A DNA stretch of 63,901 nucleotides, filler included, from Diploschistes diacapsis (GCA_023645945.1; 11 parts of 11 records of this genome joined end to end with filler, not necessarily neighbours in it); one strand, 5' to 3'; positions 1 through 13,415 are shown, counted from the first letter of the whole stretch. A program made the numbers and translations. Notes: generated from the sequence alone by a model not told the origin.

Positions 1-563
1 CTTTATTTCTATTGTATAACACTTTTTTAATCTTGAATTAATTCGATTTAGATTTAGTCTTTTTATATAATTCTTTACTAAATACGACCGAACTGCGAAA
101 GGTTAATAAAAAATTTAAACAGGCGTTACGAGCCGTTTTAAAACTAATTAATTCGATTCGACGTTATTCGAATCGAATAATTCGTATACTTAAATCGATG
201 TATACTGAGTTCATAACGTTTCGTAAAAAAAACCGAAAATAAAAAACGTTTCTTAATAATCGTAAAAAACGTAAATTAAATAAACGAATCGAATTAAAAG
301 ATCGTTTTATGTTTAATACAGACGAAGTTCTTAAAATAACAGCTCGGGTTGAATCAAATCGAACAGTTTCGAAACGATCTATAACGCGCAAAAAACGTCG
401 TCGTATTTCTGAAATCGAGAAAGATAAAAAAAAATAGATTCGATTTAGATCGATTAGATTCTAATTACGACGAATAAATTATATCTAAAAACCGTAGAAT
501 GTTGGCGGTAGTAATTTGAGGTAGCTTACTTCTGGGGGTGGCCCGGTTCCCCGTTAAACACGT
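1..563 (+). mobile_element. RIP-degraded Fot1/pogo-type DNA transposon, 3' part and right TIR
   Basis: AT-rich. It is the reverse complement of 26241-26820, differing mostly by transitions. Ends ...GGGGGTGGCC..CCCCGTTAAACACGT followed by TA (564-565), typical of pogo/Fot1 ends. Confidence 0.8.
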
Positions 564-1021
564 TATAAATGACTAACAAACTTAAGTATATCGAATATAA
601 GGCCATTCCGCCACACCAACATCCTACGCCGCACGCTAAAATAAATAACCGCAAATATTTCGGTTAGAATAACTGCACCCCCCAGTAACCCGTTGTTGAA
701 CTAAACCACTACGCCAAAAGATGCGCACCTCTTAGCAAGCAGCAGTTCATGTTTATATTCCGACACCCGTCAAACACCTTTCTTGCTTACGCTCAAAGAC
801 ATTTCTCGGCCAGACTTATGGACCACCACGGATCTTCTGGCTGCAGCCTTAGAGCTGGCATCTGTCCCCGCTAAATTAATTCTACATTCCTCCCAGGGAA
901 GGCAAGAACTCTAGATTCGATAGCTATCTCAGAAGTGTTGGAGCCTGCCCACACTACTTGCTCTGAGCTACTGCCAACCGAGTGGCAAAGAGCTTCTAAC
1001 TTTTGAATAACTTTGTGGAAC

Positions 1022-1438
1022 ATGTCCTGGTTTTCCATCCTACCCTCGCACCTCGCTACTGTCGAGATCTGGCTTGTCCGCCTCTTCCTATTACTTGCTT
1101 TCCTAACTATCGGCCCATGGCTGCTATTCATTCTCTACGATTTCCTTCTGTACCTTGTCCGAACCCTACTTTTCGAAGTACCTTACTATGGCGGCCGAGC
1201 GCAAGGGGCCCCAAGACCTCGACCACCTAGTTTGAGCGAGCGGCCGGATGGACGACCCAGAAGAGTTAGCCTTGTAGCTACGGAGAGCACTTTGGGAAGG
1301 AGCTCAGAAAAGAGCCCTGCCAGGATGCAGAGTCCAGAATCTCGGGATGCAGTTGAAAAAAAGAGAACAGCAACCAGGGCTACAAGCATTGATGGAGAGG
1401 TTGACAGAAGTGAAACTCGGAAAAGAAACACCGAATAA
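1022..1438 (+). CDS. Small fungal membrane protein (N-terminal hydrophobic helices, basic/disordered tail)
   Basis: ATG at 1022 (MSWFSILPSHL), hydrophobic stretch WLVRLFLLLAFLTIGPWLLFILYDFLLYLVR, then GGRAQGAPRPRPPSL. Resembles a conserved Pezizomycotina hypothetical protein. Confidence 0.7.
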   Translation: MSWFSILPSHLATVEIWLVRLFLLLAFLTIGPWLLFILYDFLLYLVRTLLFEVPYYGGRAQGAPRPRPPSLSERPDGRPRRVSLVATESTLGRSSEKSPARMQSPESRDAVEKKRTATRATSIDGEVDRSETRKRNTE

Positions 1439-2222
1439 ATCTCATGCTGGACAAGTAGTTCAGCAAAGTAGTGAGATGAATATGGCGCCTAGTAGGCAAG
1501 ATAGGGCATAAGATGTTGCATTTCAAGGCTCGCCTATCATTGTCCGCGACATTGCAATGACTACTGGAAGTCCATCTGACCATGGCAACTCGGAGATTTC
1601 TGCATGGCCCTTTAACCCAAATAGCTGACTTTACTGGAGTACTCGTATGTGACCCTTAGTGCCCTATAGCCGAAAAGTTCTGGAGGTACTCACTTTCTTT
1701 GCAGCGGACTCATGTTCAGAAACATGCAAAGAAGTTCTGCATAGTGCCTGGAAATCACTCAGCAGAGCTCCAACATGTGGAGAAGGCTTGGAACGGTGTG
1801 AGATCGTCGGAAGTATAGCAAAACGCCTTGGGGACGACGAGTGTATTCCAACGGCTGTATAATAACATACTACTAAACCAGTCTCTGAGTAGGACCCCTC
1901 AGTATCAGTACTTTAAAGGAATTAATATATCTTCTTGTGTGGCATTTGCTTTTTTCTTGTGATGTGGGATGCTTCGTAGTTAATGCAAGGAACTACATAC
2001 GTACAACTAATTGCAGCTGCAACAGGCCATATAGTATAGATTCCTAATACCCAAGTTTTGCCACGTTGTATGCACGTCGATGATTAATGGGTATGCAGGT
2101 CAGACCGGTCTTTGTATAAAATTGGGCAGCTGCAAGAGATGCAATCGTCTCTCCAAACTGTACTCTTGGGTTATAACCCAGGAGTGCCCCTTCACTAGTA
2201 ACATAAGCCTCTGCCATCTCTA

Positions 2223-4304
2223 ATGGCATCTCCAGAAGCAGACGAAAAGGCTCCCAGAATCGAGATCGTGGCAGAAGGCGATAGGTCTGTTCCTCCAGAT
2301 CTCCGATTTGTCCACTTCAACGATGTTTATCACATTGAAGCTGGATCGAGGAATCCTGTGGGAGGAATTGCCCGCTTCCAAAGCTTGCACTCGTACTACC
2401 GAGCAAGTAAGAACTTCGAGGATCAAGTAGGACTCATCACCCTATTCTCGGGTGATGCCTTCAATCCGAGCCTAGAGAGCACTGTAACCAAAGGTGAGCC
2501 ATTCCAAGTTCAAAGAAAACAATCAGAGCACTTCTGAAGATGCAGGCGGGTGCAGGCGGGCATATGGTTCCCTTCCTGAACAATCTCGCTGTATCTGCTT
2601 GTTGTATCGGGGTAAGATGGGGAGCGCCTCTCCTATATCTCTGTTTCCCCAATATCCGCGCCAGTTGACTGACTTGTCCCACAGAATCACGATCTTGACT
2701 TCGGTGTTCCCCAATTTCAGCACCTCTCCTCCCAATGCACCTTCCCCTGGCTCCTCGCCAACGTCTTCGAGCCTTCCGGAAGCATTCTCGGTGACTGCCA
2801 GCCCACTACCCTGCTCACCTCCTCCACGGGCCTCAAGATCGGCCTCATCGGCATCGCGGAAGAAGAATGGCTCTCAACCGTCAACGCCCTGCCTCCAAAC
2901 CTCACCTTCGTCTCCGCCTCTGCCACCGTGAATAAACACTCCCCCCTCCTCCGGGCCCAAGGCGCCGACATGATCATCGCCCTCTGCCACCAGCGCGAGG
3001 TAAACGACAACCGCCTGGCGGCCGAATCCGACGATCTCGATCTCATCCTGGGCGGGCACGACCATCAATACCGCCACAGCAAGATCGCCGGCACGCACGT
3101 TCTCTGTTCCGGCACAGACTTCAAGCAGCTCTCCTACCTCGAAGCCCGACGCCACTCCCCCGGAAACGGTCACCAGGGATGGATTTTCAGCATCACGCGG
3201 CGCGACATCACATCCGCCGTCCCCGAAGACGCCCCCAGCGTCTCCCTCGTCAGCCACCTCTCCGCCGGCCTCTCCGCCAAGCTCTCCAAGCCCATCGGCT
3301 TCACCGCCGCCCCGCTAGACGCACGCTTCACGACCGTGCGCGCGGCCGAGAGCAACCTGGGCAACTTCGTCGCGGACGTGCTGCGCAACTACTACGGCGG
3401 CGACTGCGCGCTGATCGTCGGCGGCACCTTCCGCGGCGACCAGGTGTACCCGCCGGGCGTGCTGCGGCTGCGCGACATCATGGACTGCTTTCCCTTCGAG
3501 GACCCGACGGTGGTGCTGCGCGCATCCGGCGCGCAGCTCCGCGCCGCACTCGAGAACTCCGTCAGCACGTGGCCCGCGCTCGAGGGCCGCTTCCCGCAGG
3601 TCTCCGGGCTGAGCTTCAGCTTCGACCCTGCGAAGACGCCGCGCGTGCAGGAGGTGCTTGTGGGTGGGGAACCATTGCGGGAGGAGGGGCGGGAGTACAG
3701 GCTCGTGACGCGGCACTATACGGCGCAGGGCGGCGATGGGTTCAGCAGCCTCAAGGCGCGGAGCGAGAACGAGTTCCTGGTCAATGAGGAGAACGGGCAG
3801 CTGATTAGCCAGTTGCTGCGGCAGTATTTTATGAGTCTGCGTGTGCTGGGCAGGTGGAAGCGGTGGAGCGAGCAGCTGGGGCATCATTGGGGGGAGGTGC
3901 AGGACGGGATGCATACGAGTCATCCTGTTAGGGGCCCGGTGGAGGCGTGGAGGGGGGCCACGACGGTGAAGGGGAGTTCGGCAGGGCATGGTGGAGGGAA
4001 GAAAAAGGAAGGAAAAGAGAGGGAGGGCGAGGGCGAGTGGGAAGGTGGTGACGTGCATCATCCAGGCCTCAGCGACTCTGAGGACGACGAGGCGCACGTG
4101 CTTACCGTGTCGCCCACCACCGATCAAAAGGAGAGGGAGCTGGACATGATGCGCAGGGTTACGCGCAAATGGTGGCGGCTGGCTGGTATCACGGGGCATC
4201 CGGGGCTATGCGAAGAGGTCGGGGAGGAGTTCGGCGTGTATTGGACGAAAGGCGTGTGTCCGCGAGTCGAGGGAAGGATCAAGATCATTGGGGTCACGGA
4301 ATGA
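2223..4304 (+). CDS. 5'-nucleotidase (metallophosphoesterase plus 5'-nucleotidase C-terminal domain), 2 introns
   Basis: Motifs HFNDVYH, FSGDAFNPS, G|NHDLDFG, LILGGHDH, ESNLGNFVAD, FPFED, GRFPQVSG. Introns about 2494-2555 and 2612-2684. Confidence 0.92.
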
Positions 4305-4704
4305 GTGAGGTGGTCGTTGTTTAAGAAGTTCAATTGCAAGTAGCTGGGATATAGCTATATAGCTAGGTAGGCGAGCCCCTACTTGATCAGGACGGTTACA
4401 TACGTCGCTTGCGGCCATTCTGGCCATGTGGCTGGCTACTACGGCAGAGCAATACACTTCATTCACCGCTTCTTCCCGCCACCCTCAACACTCAAGTCCA
4501 GCGACCACAGCGACTCCCACGCTTTCAACTTCTGCGGTGAGTGCAGCCGACTCTCTGTGGATGGGGAGGGCGCGGCTTTGATGGGGGACCTTGGTCGAGA
4601 AGAAGTAGCCCTCAAGTTTCCTCGTGCATCTACTGCGCCCTGCAGTATCGTCAGCGACTTTCGCTCTTCGGAAGCTCATTGCCTTGTCCAATCTCAAGAA
4701 AAAG

Positions 4705-7700
4705 CTATGGATCTAGGAGCTGGTCTTTGCGTACTTCTGCAGGAACGACGGCCGGTGTCGGCGATGGCTTCGGCAACACGGCACCATCGTCTGCCGGACC
4801 GGTAGGGGCAGCGGCTGGCTCGGGTGCTGTCACTGCTGGAGGGGGAGCAGTAGCACCCTCAAATGTTCCGGTCGCTAGAGCAGGGCTCCCCGCTACGCCC
4901 AACAAGCTTTTCTTCGAGTTTGCGCTGCTGCGCCGACTGTCGAGACTCTTGGTCAAGGTCCGCGTCGCGGCACCGGTATCCAGGTTCTTTTTGCGCTCGA
5001 TACTCCCGGCTGCGTCGACATGGGCGCTTGCCACGGTTGTTCTCGCGGGGCCCAGTGCGATGGGTGGGCCGAGGTTCTCCTCTGCGGCGTCGAGGTAGTA
5101 CCATCGCAAGCCGTCCGAGAGGCCGAATGGGTTGTCGTCGTCCATTGACGCTCCGTCGTCCGAAGCTGCGGTAATCTTGTGTACGCCTTTGCTGAGGTCG
5201 ACGACGCGGTCTTCGACCTTCGAGATGCGCGCGAGAAGCCAGTCGCGAGAGTTGAGATGGTGGAAGTCCTGCTCCCTCAGGAAGTAGTGGGGAGCGCCGA
5301 CGTTGAAGGCTGCCCACGATCTCCGAGGGGCTTGATTGCGGGTAGGTAGGAACAAAGCCAGGTCGCCTTCTTTGAAGGTGCGGAACGCTATCTTATGCTG
5401 AGCCTCGAATTGTGCGGTTCGAAATTTGTCGCGGTAAGACTTCGCTTCACGCTGCCACTTTCGAACTATGTGTTCTGTATCTTTGACACGTTTGACAACA
5501 GCCTCGCTGAAAGCGTTCAAATCGAACGCTTTGCTTTCGTGTATAAATGTTTCAAAGTCCTGATGTTCTCGTCTAGGATCTTCGGCGGACGCCCAGTGTA
5601 GATAATCCGGCGCTTTCTCGCTCGAAAAGCTTGGAACAAGTCCGGATAAGCTCCGATTCATTGTTTGACTAGCCATGGCTTGCAATTGTTCGCCATTGGT
5701 GCTGTTAGCAGAGCTAGAACGTAGTATCCTCTGCACAACCATCATATCGTCTTGTCGAGAAACAGCATAGCCGATATGCTCCAACAGTCTAGTTAGCCTA
5801 TCCGTCAATAGGTAGAGCTGCAGGGAGACCTCTCCAGCTCTTCGAGCCCGGTCATGCAAGCGGATCCGGACCGAATCATTCGATGACTGTAGAGACTCAA
5901 TCTTCCTGAGCCTCTTCCCCAATTCAGTGTCAGATTCGTTGCTAGCTGCTTTGAGTGAAGCAAGCTGAGTGCTCAGGCCTTCAACTTTTCTCTCTTCCTC
6001 CATGAGCCTAACTTTGAGACTCTCTGAACCATTTTCACTATTATTGACTTCAGTTCTGAGGGTCGAGAGTGCTTTCCGTTCTCGCTCAAGCTCTTCCGTA
6101 AGTGCAGAACAGCGTGCCTTGTCAGCTAATGCTTCTTCACGGATGACAAAAGCTTTATCTTCTTCTTGTACAAGCTGTTTACGTAGGCTGGAGATCTCTT
6201 GCTTTTGCCTCTTCACTCGGGCATCCATAGCTTCATTGTCCGCCTGAACATTTTCCAGAGCAACTCGAATTTCGTGTTGATGGTCTGCAGCTTTCTGAGC
6301 CAACACTTCCAAGTCTAGAACGAGATTGTCAAATTCGTGTGAGCAAGCAGCATCTGGATCTAAAGCCGAATGAGCAGAGAATAACGCTCGTTGTTGCTCG
6401 GATTGGATTTCATCTCGCCTCCGAATGTCGTTCTTTAACTCTAAGATGACGGCCTGCAAGCTGGAAGCTTCTGCAACTTTCTCCGCAATGTCTGACTCTA
6501 GAATTTCAAGCCTATCACTCTGATTCTCCTTGACTGTCTGTAGGCTACCAATTTCATCCTCAGCCTTTCTAGCGATTTCACGCGCCTCTTTACGAATCTT
6601 TTCAATTTCAGCTTCACGTACTTTCGCTCGTTCATCGAACACAGCCCGGGCATTATCGTGGCTCCCTAGAATGCGATCGAAATCCTCTTCCATTTCTTCA
6701 ATGCGGTCCTTTAGCTTACGGTTTTCGTCATTTAAAAGCCTCCTTTCGGCATCAAATTCATGCTGCTGCGCTTCGAAGTTGTCCATAAGGTCTTTCTTCA
6801 TTAACGTTGCTTCTTCTACTTGCGCTTTCAGCTCATCCTGCTCTGTACCTTTACGTAGTGCAGCCTCTTCGAACCTTGCTTTCTTCTTCCGTTCGTTCAC
6901 CAGGTCAGCCTCAAGCTGAACGATCCGTTGCGCAAGATGAGCATCCTCATAGCCATCGGCAAGAGGGATCCGATAAGAAGCTAAGGATGAACGCCGAGAG
7001 CTAAGGTCGTTGCTTTTAGGTGATGTCGCATAATTCACGCCAACTAATGGTCCCTTTCGCTCCAGAGCTGGCGAAGGCTGATTGACTTGCAAACCAGGAG
7101 TAGGTTGCGAACCAGGAAAGGGTCGATACATTTGACTGGAGCGGTGAAGAAGATCTTCAAGTTTACGCACTCTGCTTTCGGAGCTCTTCAAGCGATCTTC
7201 AAGCTTGGATTTTTCACTCTGCAAAGCTTGAATAAGCTCATCATCGCCTCGGAGCAAGAGCGAATTGCGCCCAAAAACGGAGTCCGTAATTGTACCTTTG
7301 CGGAAGGCGTTTGATCTCTTGGCCTGTTGTTTTGATGGTGCGTCAAGAGATTTCATCCACTCAGCTAATTCCTGTAACAAAGCTTCAAAGCTTTTTGCCT
7401 GTTCCAAATCATTTACCAGCTGCGAGATATCATCTCGAGCCAAATTCGGCCAGCTTTGCTCCTGCCCTTGCACATTGACTTCAATGCCTCTAGCTTTACT
7501 GGTAAGGGCATCTTCATGCAAGAAACCACTTACGCTCTTTAACCACTTCTTTCTTTTCCGCTCCTCGTCGTCTTTGTACACTGCCATTTCTTCTGCCAAC
7601 GTTGAAGAATCGCTCATCATCTTTTGAGTCCACTCTTGTCGACGTACAACTTCCACCAGCAAGGATGCATAAATGTAAGGCATTTGGGACACATGATTGA

Positions 7701-8988
7701 GAACATCTAACGCATCGCCTTCTTCTGGACTTATGTCCATTCCGCGGACAAGAGACTGTACGGATGCCAGAGTCGACTCTACAGAAGCAATCCGTTGCAT
7801 AAAATTGAGTGCTGTTCCTTCGATAGCATTCCTGCGCTCTACTGTCTTCTTAAGGAAGTCACCAACGTCTATAGCAATTTCAGATAAAGAAGGTAAGAAC
7901 TTCCGTGTATGGAGTAATGCAGTTTTTGAGACAGAAGCTACCGTTCGTGAATTGTTTGGCAATGTGAGGGTGTTTTCGTAGTCGGAACTGATCTGCCGTA
8001 CAGTTCCTTCAAGCTCTTCCGCTAAATTGCTGATAACTTGGGAGTCGTCGTCGCCCACAATTTGGAATCGGGATTCAATTTCGTTGGAGATAGCGTTGCC
8101 GTCGTGGACTACATCCTCGTATGAAGACTGAAGCTCTTCAAGCCGTGATCTCAAACCCTCGACAGCCTCATTGGACATCCTCTTAGCTGATTCCACTTCT
8201 GTTGAATCGACGAGACTTGCCAAGGTGGCATTTCTATTAGAGGTCTGGTTGCGCTTAGTTGTCAGATCTGCTCCAACGAATAAACGCCCCAGCGACTCAT
8301 GAACCTTGATTTCGTTGAACTTTGTAAGCAACCTGTCGCAGTCTGTCAATAACTTCTCCTGATCCTGTAGAACATCTTTTGTCCAGCGCTGCGCTTCGTC
8401 ATATTTCTGATGCAGTGCTCCAACGTGCTGCTTTGCGTTTTCTGCTGCAATTGCAGTTCCCTTATGAATTACCCTTATTTCAGCCCGGCACTCATGAATT
8501 TGCTGTATCATGGAGTCACTATCTTGCGACAGCTGTAGTGCCCAGGCCCGGCGCTCCTTGAACAGTTTCTGCCACGATGGCAGGCTAGCCTCGTCGGTGA
8601 GGACATCTGGAGGATCGCTGGGGACGAAAAGTGACGGAACGGCTCTTGTGGGCTTCCGGAGTGCCTTTGAAGTATTTTCTGGTGCGAGAAGCTCGCGATC
8701 ATAGACAAAGATTTCTTTCTACTGAACGTCAGGCGGGTTCAGCCGCATAACTACCTCGGCGTACCTCTGTGAGCAGGTTTTGTAATTTGACTGGCTTTCC
8801 CTTTCCAGTCATCAGGATCTGCGTCGAGCTCTGGATGCTGCTGTTGCGTGCGATCCATGATTTAAGACCATCAAGTCTAGCTGGCGTAAGCTTTGGCAGC
8901 TACTGAAGATCAAAGGAACTTACGTGGTAAGGGTTCTTGCATCGACGTGGAGCTGGGCGCCGGTGTGAGCAAATAGGATATGAAGCAT
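4705..8988 (-). CDS. ATG11: Autophagy-related protein 11 (selective autophagy scaffold), 2 introns near 5' end
   Basis: ATG at 8988 (MLHILFAHTG), long coiled coil, C-terminal IAFRTFKEGDLALFLPTRNQ..WAAFNVGAPHYFL and DNPFGLSDGLRWY motifs. Confidence 0.95.
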
Positions 8989-9908
8989 TTTCAGCCTCTT
9001 GCACTCCTTCACCTCTGCACTTCCTCAGACAGTTGTGCGTGTCTGAACTCACAACGGAGTAGCAGCGAGTCGGAGCTTATCTGAGCTTATGACACCACCA
9101 GGCACAAGACCACTCATTGACTCTATTTCATAACCCGAGAACTAAAGTCGGCAAGATGTTTTCGGACCGTAATAAAAAATTCTGCAGATTACTCCGTCGA
9201 ATTTTGCCCTTTTGACCGCCCGTCTGATGCGGCTTAGCGCCAGCCGCCGCTTTGTGCTCTATAAGACACCAAAAAAAGCTCATGATATAGAGCATCGCTG
9301 AGGTTACTATTAGGACCGGAACCATAGTGTCCATAAGCAGGCTAGATCGTCCATTACTGGATGGGTTGATTGGGGTTACGCCTAGGCAAATGTTCGGAGG
9401 TAGCGGAGCTAGTTGGTGTCAGCAGGAAGCAAACAAAAGCGACTACACCTTTATGCATACCTCGTATGATATACAGAACCTTTTGGCTCGTTTCCAGGAC
9501 ATGGATCGAAAGAGCAGAACAAGGGTGACACACAGCAAGCGAAAGGAGTATCTTTTATTAAAAGATTAACCTAAGCCTTGGATTTTGCCGGGTTTACATT
9601 AGTCAACGGTCGAAATGGATAATTACAGGTTTGATTCATCTCCTGAACTGTTGTCTCGTCTTGTTTTCTTGCTTGGAAAAGAATGCAGAATACGCAGGAA
9701 CCACGTGGCATGTCTGAGATTTCAGACGATAGTATGGGCCTTTCCATCTAAAAAAAACTCTTTGTCCAACTTCAGAAAATGCTTGCAAACGGTATAACAG
9801 CCTTTGTGACATGTAACCAGCAGCAAAGGCGTACAAAAAGCCCACTACACCCGTTGCATGCCAGCAGCTCCATAAGAGCACTCCATTCTCCTATATATTT
9901 CGATCATC

Positions 9909-11808
9909 ATGGGTTCTAGTCAGGTGAAACCGAGCATCAAAAACTCGCGGCGGCAAGCTCAAGGTAAAACGCTTTATACCCTTGGCCCAATTCGCCTAAT
10001 TATTGACAGGAGAACGGCCGCGAGGCACTAAACAAAAACCACAACCTATTCGCAGGAGCGCACGTCTGGCGAAAAAGCACCAACATATTGAAGCAAAGCA
10101 TCCTTTGCCAGCTCCGCTTACAACCAACCCTCTTGACCCAAAGGTACTTTGACATCGTGATGGTCAACTTTCTTCTCAAGCTGACTAGTCGAAGGCGTCG
10201 GATTCTTCATCACCGTTTGATTCTGAAACTGCCGGTCTAATTTGTCCATCTCACGAGTCAGAGGCAAACCGAAAGCCTAAGCAAGAGCAAAAACGGTCGC
10301 AAGAAGTGGAAGCTTCTCTGAATTCCTCAGGGAAGCGACCTCGGGCAGAAACTCCCATCACCGGAAGTAGTCATAGAGTTAAAACCTGGCTTCAGAAAGG
10401 GAGTTATCCCAAGCATTATTTCGAGTCAGGTAGTAAGACTTGGGAAGATATCAAAGCCGACACCTTCGCGACAAGACTTGACGCCGACAGAATGCAGCAT
10501 CTTGGAAGAAAGAAGTCCGCTGCTACTCTTAGCTCGCTTCGCCGCCAAGCAGCAGAAGCAAACATGGTGCCGACCGAAACGGTTGAAGATAAGAGCTTGG
10601 TTTACAGAAGCCCAGGCTACGAGAGGGAACTTAACCTCAGTGGAAGCTATCTAGTCGATGCCCCAGAGGGCATTACCGACGATAGCAAACTCCTTTGTCA
10701 GACTCTGTTGACTAACGCGCAAACGGTTCCTCAGGACACACTTTTCCGCGATGATTTGTTCAGCAAAACCTGCACCAAAATATCGCAACGAAATGAAGCT
10801 AGGATCGTTGAGGATATTTCGCCTTTGATTGCCCCGTCCCCCGAAACCCTTGCCACCTACGGCGCTATGGGATTGGATCATCTCATTTTTAATATCGATG
10901 AGCGCTGGGGAGAGTCCATTCCTCTTACCCGAACCCGTCCTCAGCCGGATCGTTGCGTGGGATTCAGCGACTCTACGTTTAATTTGCTTCAGCTTCGAAA
11001 ACTAAGGCAATGTATTGGACATTTCGTCCCAATCGAGTACCTTTCACCTCTCTTGGCAACATGGAGGATGTACTTCCCATTCTTCGCCTGTGAAGCGAAG
11101 AGTGCGAGTGAAGACATTCATGTCGCCAACAAACAGAATGCACATAGCATGAGTATGGCTGTGCGAGGCATCGTGGAGCTCTTCAAGGAGGTTAAACGCG
11201 AGGACGAGCTTCATCGGAAAACCCTTGCGTTCTCTATCTCACATAACGCCAGTCAGGTCAGGATCTGTGGCCATTACCCAATAATTCAGAAAGGTGCTAC
11301 TACCTTTCATTGTCATCTTATTCACAGTTTCGATTTCACTGCCCAGACCGGCAAAGATAAATGGACGGCCTATCAATTCACGAAGAACGTCTATTTCGAA
11401 TTCATGCCGAAACTTCAAACTCTGATCTGCTCCGCCATCGACCAAATAGTACTTAAAAATGATTCTCGAGGCTCAAACCTGCCTCCTCCAATTCTTCTTG
11501 GCGAATCATTGGTTACTGGCACGGACAAAGAACCTGGACAGCCTAATACACTGGATATGCTGGCCAGCGCCACTGCGTCGCAGAATCCGCCCGGCTCCAA
11601 GAGAAAGAGGTTAACGCTGAAGGAGCAACTGGAAGAGCAGCGAAAGGAAAACGAGGAGCTGAGGCTGATTATCACTTCTAGAAACGACTCGCAGATCGCG
11701 ACACTGTTGCGGCAGCAACTTCAGGACTCGAAGGAGCAGATGCGACAGCAACAAGAACAAATCAAGCAGTTGATGGATACTTTGCAAACAAAGGTTAGCG
11801 CCGGTTAG
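9909..11808 (+). CDS. Fungal PD-(D/E)xK nuclease-like protein (DUF7924-like) with C-terminal coiled coil; probably 2 introns in the 5' part
   Basis: ORF 10306-11808 has RNEARIVEDISPLIAPS, PQPDRCVGF, MYFPFFACEAK, QNAHSMSMAVRGIVELF, LAFSISH. Probable ATG at 9909 with GT..AG introns before 10200; the start is less certain. Confidence 0.75.
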
Positions 11809-12613
11809 TGCAACGTCATACAAGCAGGGGTGTTTCGAAAGCATTTTTGACGGGGTTTTTATGATGGGTTTTTTGAAGGTCTTCAATCTCTTTTACTATG
11901 AATATGATTGATTGGTCAGCTATGCTGAAGTTAATCCCAATGTTTTGTACCCAAGTATTTGCCGTCAAACTCCCACTTTGGAAGAAACCAAACCAAGCAT
12001 ATACAAAGCATTGATATCCGCAGCCAGCGTAGTCGAATAATACTGAAGACGACTGCTGGCGAATATTCTTCACTCCAGGCTTAGCAACCTACTTTTGGCA
12101 CCCGACGGCTCGGCTCGGGCAGACAAGGTTTCAACTCAAGTTACTAGGTGGTATTGTAATACGGGGTAATGGTTAGGTGGGGGAGGGGGGAGGAACACCG
12201 CGTGGTTTAGATGCTTGTTTCATTTAGGGCTTGTTTAAAAGTAGGGGAGTTTTATAATTGATAAATGCGGGCGCGAAGCTTGTCCTCTCAAATCACTCAT
12301 TCTCCAAGCATTGATCCTTCCTGATGGTTTGAATATTTATATAACCAGCGTCTTTAAAACATCGTGTGTCGGCCTAGGTGGCCCCTTCCTAGTTCCTAAG
12401 GGAAGCTAAAAAGGTAAAATTAACATAACTAATTAATATTATTATGATGGAGCTATACTAGGCCGAAGGGACAGTGCTGTGGAAAGAAAGCATGTGACAA
12501 AATACGCGTACTTCCAAAACGAATCTAGATGGTTTGCAGAGCATCCAGCCCTGAAAGCTAGCTGGTTCCAGGAATTCGGTTACGGACATATTTAAAACTT
12601 TCTCAGCGGTGAA

Positions 12614-13415
12614 ATGGCAGAGGGGCTCGGCAATGGGGATATGGCTCCGCTAAAGGAAAGCGAGGTGGACGATGCTTTCGTGGACATTGCTAAAGACCTG
12701 CGCACAAATACTGTAAATTTCACGCCAAAGGAAACCGAGATCCTAGACTACTATGATGAGCTCCAAGAACTACGGCTGGAAAATGCTCTCATGGAGGCAC
12801 AAATCTCACAGGCCAAGGGTATATTGGGAACATCCTTGTTCTTGGGACGCAATTCTAATCTACGTAGCGCCCACGTCAGACCTTCCGACTGAAGAAGCAG
12901 AAGCCCGCCTGAAGGAAGCCGAGAAGGAGAGCCTCGATGCTCGTGCCGCGTACTTGCTGAAAGAAAACATTGTCAAGAACGTCGTGCAAGCGGGACCCCT
13001 ACTCAAATCAATCCATGCCGGCGGCAAAGCCAGCCCTATGGAGAGGAACCTCCACCCACTCATCGACCAGCGCGACATCCTCTCGATTGCGCAAACTAAC
13101 CTCTCTGCTCGCCATCAGGCGGCGACCAACTCTCTCACCTCTACACGTGCAGAGAACATACGCGCTCTGCGCCGGAACCAGGAGCTCGCCACCACCTTAC
13201 TTAAGCTAGTCGAAGAAGTCAAAGATGCGGGCTCGGAAAGCATAGGTGATCCGGATTTCCAACAGGAGCTTGAAGAGCTGAAGGCTGAGACAAGGAGGGA
13301 GAAGAAACAGTATCGGATCGTGAAGGGAGTGGTTAGCGCGATTGTGGCGGGGAGCGGTTATGATTGGTCGCAAGATGAGGAGTTGATGGGGTTGGTTTTG
13401 GACGAGGAAGACTGA
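12614..13415 (+). CDS. Centromere protein H (CENP-H/Fta3)-like kinetochore protein, 1 intron
   Basis: Exon 1 ILDYYDELQELRLE, intron about 12819-12867, C-terminal IVKGVVSAIVAGSGYDWSQDEELMGLVLD. Confidence 0.8.

Noticed and set aside
3179..4199. Long overlapping and antisense ORFs over the nucleotidase (also over the MFS, UPO and caspase genes)
   Set aside because: Shadow frames caused by high GC3; no motifs.
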